A stretch of DNA of 48,272 nt from a virus (Duplodnaviria; Caudoviricetes), in the IMG/VR virus record IMGVR_UViG_3300031454_000009, positions 1 through 48,272 of that record, one strand, 5' to 3'. Below are positions 45,401 through 48,272 of the stretch, piece by piece. The position numbers and the translations under genes were made by a program. Position 1 is the first letter of the stretch, and the number at the start of each line of letters is the position of its first letter. The notes beneath the pieces were generated by a model. It had not been told where the DNA came from, made no database searches, and was given only the letters and a program-made list of their open reading frames with translations.

Positions 45401-46245
45401 TGGGGACATACCTGGTGGCGCGGAACGTGTTTCACAAAGGGCCGACGCAACAGAACCCGAACTGCATCGGCTACGGCGAAGACGACTACAGCAGGGACCG
45501 GCACGACCTGTTGACCCTGATCGACAACACGTTCTTCATTTGCGCCATCGACGGGTCGCACAACGGTTCAGGACGCGGCATCACCCACTTCGGCCGGAAG
45601 AACACCATAGACGGGGCCTACAGCAAGATCGTTGCCGACAGGAATAGCTGGTTCTTCTCCAACCCCGGCACGCAGACCAAGATCGAGGCATACAACATTG
45701 CGGGCGATCCTGATTTCGGCAGTGGCTGGACCGAAACCAACAGCACGACGCTATCAGTGCCGCCGGCGCTGAACCTCGCCGACCGCGGCACCGCCAATCC
45801 GCCGGCCGAGGTTCCGGGCCGCTACAACTACCTGTTTTACTATGGCAACGACAACTACGCCTACATGGACGGGTTGCAGATTACCCCGTCAGTGAAGGAC
45901 ATCCGGGTATCAGCGAGCGCCGCACCCGGCACGGTGCTCGCTACGTTGACGCCTTATGGCGCCGATCTGTTCAAGGTCTACAACGTCCCCAACGACATCC
46001 GGGTGAACCCGTTCGTCAATGGCGGCACATGGGCGATCAGCACCGCACCGGAATACTTCGCCGGCGCCGTGTGGCCCCCGGACGGGCGCTACGAAGTGGT
46101 GCCCTCTGCTGACGGCAAAACAGCCGAGCTGCGGGTCGGGACGGCTGGGCTGGTAGGTAACAGGGTGGACACTCCGAAAGTCCAGGTGACGGCGCCGAAC
46201 GGCACGATTGCCGCTTGGCGCTATCCGGTCAGTGTGTTTGCGTAG
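42496..46245 (+). CDS. Large multidomain receptor-binding / depolymerase-like protein
   Basis: Beta-sandwich-like modules, then a right-handed beta-helix (FDNNSNG..NG..GQTHAAYI..GHCLKTR). Confidence 0.75.
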   Translation: MAFTKRMFLLPVDDAARQAASAADAKAEALRAALVAAGVLTGPAPAPAPAPTLTTIQSATLAADGLTLTLTLNQPATIAGTLALLVGGTARGVTWTAPGTASTTRTGTLASAAQAGQVVTLSAAARFTSPALAAAITGRAVTNNSTVAAAPPPPANTTPTLLASFAGAAGAQPTGVTFSAFQNRPATPATLDGNGNLSVAANSGMVWLGGAMPDGQYIVTLASPALIGFQVRASAASATADSYYTDGAFLGALRGGNYEKSITSGSSIAPSLVWLFTLSGSKLTYANNEGVIVSGSDAEFATNGFLGIRVQDAGALVKTIEYRTLAQAAAAYAAAHPAPATTARTLSFNGAAGVPTGVEALTNAYGNTSGITLTGSGALNLGTNDGAVAFLSGNGVVGNGTVTVNYAAGTNGKSAHLGFGSYGWQLASNNKMELNGPNGLFLEIDISPSRSFGVSIDSDTALLLVDGKVAHILTADPAALWGQLSIGTAAYPSGTLIDSIVIDPTPLPAPVLAPLTVTPRQVSTSVPTGYPVLGAGVATVGPTQIFQAPGTLQTYAIAGADAASFYMRGDGYLTTSRPLSLGDKSISVTTTDAASGTSRTDALTIPVPQGNLIAAGSAGSVKLLNIPQNLNNNMMSPGLGTPTASGITGTKAWTISSPAGKIGVYGQIDCDTATGATAFVKQPAARADGHTFILTCSDGINTASEAFSVPVAFFVNPNAKVYVGPGNASTKPGYDHYHAHFDTLYPLIGAGYSLPDPAYAGGVIDLDDGGDDNYFADDFGTSYRDMMHGPLRIRNIGGPNGRRTRLGGRTDSYTFGYNLNQDKAAVLCNGGDIIFEGIRFSHCFGDLAPDRTYGGRTALRINGGNNGDVTADNCQFDNNSNGMEGGGGPNRITIKNCVFFNNGGSTQGSGQTHAAYIDAYELVYTNNLSYNNNVGHCLKTRCQLGTITDSTLADGAGGSASAQLNIPVLGTYLVARNVFHKGPTQQNPNCIGYGEDDYSRDRHDLLTLIDNTFFICAIDGSHNGSGRGITHFGRKNTIDGAYSKIVADRNSWFFSNPGTQTKIEAYNIAGDPDFGSGWTETNSTTLSVPPALNLADRGTANPPAEVPGRYNYLFYYGNDNYAYMDGLQITPSVKDIRVSASAAPGTVLATLTPYGADLFKVYNVPNDIRVNPFVNGGTWAISTAPEYFAGAVWPPDGRYEVVPSADGKTAELRVGTAGLVGNRVDTPKVQVTAPNGTIAAWRYPVSVFA

Positions 46246-46861
46246 CGGGCAAGGCGTGCCGCCGCACTGCCAAGCCCAGCAGCCCAATCCCGAGTAGGCC
46301 GACGCTGACCGGCTCGGGCACGGCGGTGCCAGTGGGGGTGTAGTCGTAGGCCACTGACACGGTGCCGGTGGCGCTGATGACGGAGGAGCTGATGTCGCCA
46401 AGCGTCAGCCCGGCAGTAGGGGTCAAGAAGGCGGTGTAGCTGACGAACACCGGCAGCCCGTCCGAAAAGACGCCCGCAGCCGGGACCGTGAAGTTGTTGC
46501 TGAAGTTGGCCCTGACCGTGCCGGGCAGCGCAGCGGTTATGGACTGCGACGGTGCCCGGAAGGACGGGCTGGGTGAGGTGCCCAGGACGAAGGCTGTGAA
46601 CACCGTAGCGAAGGTCCCGGAAGTCGGGGCAGGGCTGGCGCCTTGCGCCCGAACGGTGATCGCTTCGGAGAACAAGGCATTGGTGTTGATCGTGGCACTC
46701 GTCAGCGTGCCCAGCGCCCTGTTGAAGGATGGGACCTGAACATCGGCAATCCCAGTATCGCGGTCAAACCCGCCCAAAGGCGCGCTAACGGTCACAATCG
46801 CCGCCTCCGCCCCCGTCGCCAGCCCGCACGCCATCGCCGCCGCCAGTAGTGCTGCACGCAT
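46229..46861 (-). CDS. PEP-CTERM surface protein (choice-of-anchor E-like N-domain)
   Basis: Signal peptide ending AEA; VPSFNRALGTLTS; AVPEPVSVGLLGIGLLGLAVRR; AAGGAG RBS. Confidence 0.9.
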   Translation of the reverse strand: MRAALLAAAMACGLATGAEAAIVTVSAPLGGFDRDTGIADVQVPSFNRALGTLTSATINTNALFSEAITVRAQGASPAPTSGTFATVFTAFVLGTSPSPSFRAPSQSITAALPGTVRANFSNNFTVPAAGVFSDGLPVFVSYTAFLTPTAGLTLGDISSSVISATGTVSVAYDYTPTGTAVPEPVSVGLLGIGLLGLAVRRHALPATQTH

Positions 46862-46879
46862 CGTCCGTCTCCTTGGTTG

Positions 46880-47014
46880 TTATGTGCCGCGCACCTGATC
46901 GAGCAGGCGGCGGATGAGTTCACTAACCGAGATGCCCAGCCGTGCCGCTTCCACCTCAAGCCAATCTTTCTGGGGCGGCGTGGACGTGAAGGCGATCCTG
47001 GGATGCTTCATCAT
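46880..47014 (-). CDS. 44-aa ribbon-helix-helix (CopG-like) protein (not in the ORF track)
   Basis: MMKHPRIAFTSTPPQKDWLEVEAARLGISVSELIRRLLDQVRGT. Confidence 0.85.
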   Translation of the reverse strand: MMKHPRIAFTSTPPQKDWLEVEAARLGISVSELIRRLLDQVRGT

Positions 47015-47048
47015 GATGCATTGGTGCATCACGCATGTTGCTTGTCAA
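47014..47048 (-). promoter_or_regulatory. Moron promoter with palindromic operator, probably leaderless
   Basis: TTGACA-17-ACCAAT on the minus strand; perfect inverted repeat TGATGCA-TTGG-TGCATCA at 47014-47031. Confidence 0.7.
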
Positions 47049-47115
47049 CGGCCAGCGACCGCGCCTGTGACGCAGGGCACACGGGGCGCCGATTTTCCGC
47101 AACAGGAGCAACCCG

Positions 47116-47640
47116 ATGATCCCTTCCCTATTGGCCGCGCTGGCGACCCGCTTCGTTGCGGAGTTGCAGCGCCATGCCGATGCCGAACAGCAGCGGCTTC
47201 ACCTGCTTGTCACGCAACCTATCCTCAGAAAGATCAACGCCATGTCCGAACACCTCAATTCCGTCGTCGCCGACCTCAGCGCCAAGGTTGACGCCCTCAC
47301 CGCCGCCGAGGCCGCGATGAAGGAGCGCGTGATCGCGCAGAACACCTCGACGCTGGCCGAGCTGGCGGACCTGCGCGCCAAGATCGTGGCCCTGGACACC
47401 ACCGGCGCCGAGGCGACGCTGGTTGCACTGACGGCCAAGGTGGAGGCCGCCACGGCCGACATGCAGGGCGTGGACGCGCCTGCCGACCCGGTGCCGTCCG
47501 TGGTTGATCCGGTGTCCGACATGCCGGCGCCGGCCGATCCCGCGACCGTCAGCACCGATCCGGCGGCGCCCGTGCCGGCCGATCCCAACGCGGCGGTTGA
47601 TCCGACCGTGCCGGTGCCGAACGTCCCGCCGGTCGTCTAA
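47116..47640 (+). CDS. Coiled-coil protein with a Pro/Asp-rich tail
   Basis: AGGAG RBS; heptad region, then PADP repeats. Confidence 0.75.
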   Translation: MIPSLLAALATRFVAELQRHADAEQQRLHLLVTQPILRKINAMSEHLNSVVADLSAKVDALTAAEAAMKERVIAQNTSTLAELADLRAKIVALDTTGAEATLVALTAKVEAATADMQGVDAPADPVPSVVDPVSDMPAPADPATVSTDPAAPVPADPNAAVDPTVPVPNVPPVV

Positions 47641-47661
47641 ACATCCGCAAAGGAACTCACG

Positions 47662-47910
47662 ATGGCACATGTTTACGAAGGTGCGCCCGACGCGCGCCAG
47701 TCCGCCAGCACGACTGAACCCGTGTCGCGGTTCCGCCCGACCTATCGCGTGCTGGCCGATGAGGAAAAGGCGTTGCACGACGCGATCAAAGGCAAGGCGG
47801 CGGAACTGGAAGCCCTGTTCACGAAGGTCAAGCCAGGCCGCTACGCCTCGCTCGGCATGACGGCGCTGGAACAGGCTGTGATGTGGACGGTCAAGGAATT
47901 GACCTCCTAG
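47662..47910 (+). CDS. Acb2/Tad1-family nucleotide-signal sponge (putative anti-CBASS / anti-Thoeris)
   Basis: YRVLADEEKALHDAIK..PGRYASLGMTALEQAVMWTVK; AAGGA RBS. Confidence 0.8.
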   Translation: MAHVYEGAPDARQSASTTEPVSRFRPTYRVLADEEKALHDAIKGKAAELEALFTKVKPGRYASLGMTALEQAVMWTVKELTS

Positions 47911-48106
47911 TCAGTCGGCAAGCTGGGCGGCAACTGCTGGAAACCAATGCCGCCCAGCCCTCCCCATACGACGAAGGAAAACATGCCGCATGGTTGACCC
48001 CACGCTATCCCGCGCGCCCTCGAAAGGTCCATGACCCCGTGTTGCGGCTCATCCCCGCCACGCTTGCACGCTATGCGGCCGAACCGCCCGACCCGAGGGG
48101 GATGCC

Positions 48107-48272
48107 ATGCCGCCTGATGATTACACTCCCGAGCAGCGCCAGGAAGATCAAAGGATCGCCGCAGCATCCCGGTTGGCCGAGGCCACCAGGAAGATCGCAG
48201 CGGAGGATAGCGCGCAGTTTTGGGACCGGCTCGGCTTCAACGTCCGCACTGACGCCGGCCTGGACCGGCTGC
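48107..48272 (+). CDS. Partial gene, possibly the start of the lysis module
   Basis: GAGGGGG RBS; open to the window end. Confidence 0.55.
   Translation, partial: MPPDDYTPEQRQEDQRIAAASRLAEATRKIAAEDSAQFWDRLGFNVRTDAGLDRL

Larger units (their letters stand above)
1..48272. mobile_element. Temperate siphovirus / prophage (HK97-type head, long non-contractile tail), both ends outside the window
   Basis: Colinear immunity, replication, packaging, head, tail and fibre modules; no host housekeeping genes; no integrase or att site seen. Confidence 0.97.

Noticed and set aside
36206-46245. Diversity-generating retroelement or invertible fibre cassette
   Set aside because: No reverse transcriptase, invertase or repeat pair seen by eye; a self dot-plot would settle it
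46877-47119. + strand ORFs 46877..47119 and 46914..47291
   Set aside because: Overlap a convincing minus-strand RHH gene and its promoter
47480-47630. GCCGATCC-type repeats as a DNA element
   Set aside because: Explained by PADP peptide repeats
1-48272. tRNA, rRNA, integrase, att sites, endolysin
   Set aside because: None recognised; tRNAscan-SE and flanking sequence are needed to confirm

Overview
The whole window (GC-rich) is a near-complete temperate, lambdoid/HK97-type siphovirus or prophage. The host is most likely an alphaproteobacterium, inferred from GcrA-like genes, a GTTC-N7-GTTC LexA box and a DUF6456-like gene. Order: immunity region (HTH-only repressor, Cro, three 17-bp operators, an SOS box); early genes (NUMOD3-GcrA chimera, HNH genes, DNA methylase, RusA, CoiA-like); replication (DnaB with a class-3 LAGLIDADG intein, initiator with internal HNH domain and iterons); nin-like small genes with an inverted moron and an OmpA-domain gene; DUF6456/GafZ-like late regulator; HNH, putative cos, TerS, TerL, portal, protease, capsid, neck, tail tube, chaperones with a -1 frameshift, tape measure with a lysozyme domain; a large multi-fibre/spike module; an RHH + PEP-CTERM moron; an Acb2/Tad1-like anti-defence gene. 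Integrase, att sites and endolysin are not in the window. Best leads: (1) a LexA box behind a non-cleavable repressor, pointing to an antisense or antirepressor induction switch; (2) an identical 17-bp element that occurs twice, each time next to a promoter-like sequence and followed by a terminator, a candidate loading site for the GafZ-like antiterminator; (3) the Acb2/Tad1-like sponge; (4) phage-borne PEP-CTERM proteins; (5) a pseudoknot-like RNA before the tail chaperone gene. All family calls are by-eye motif recognition; no database searches were run.
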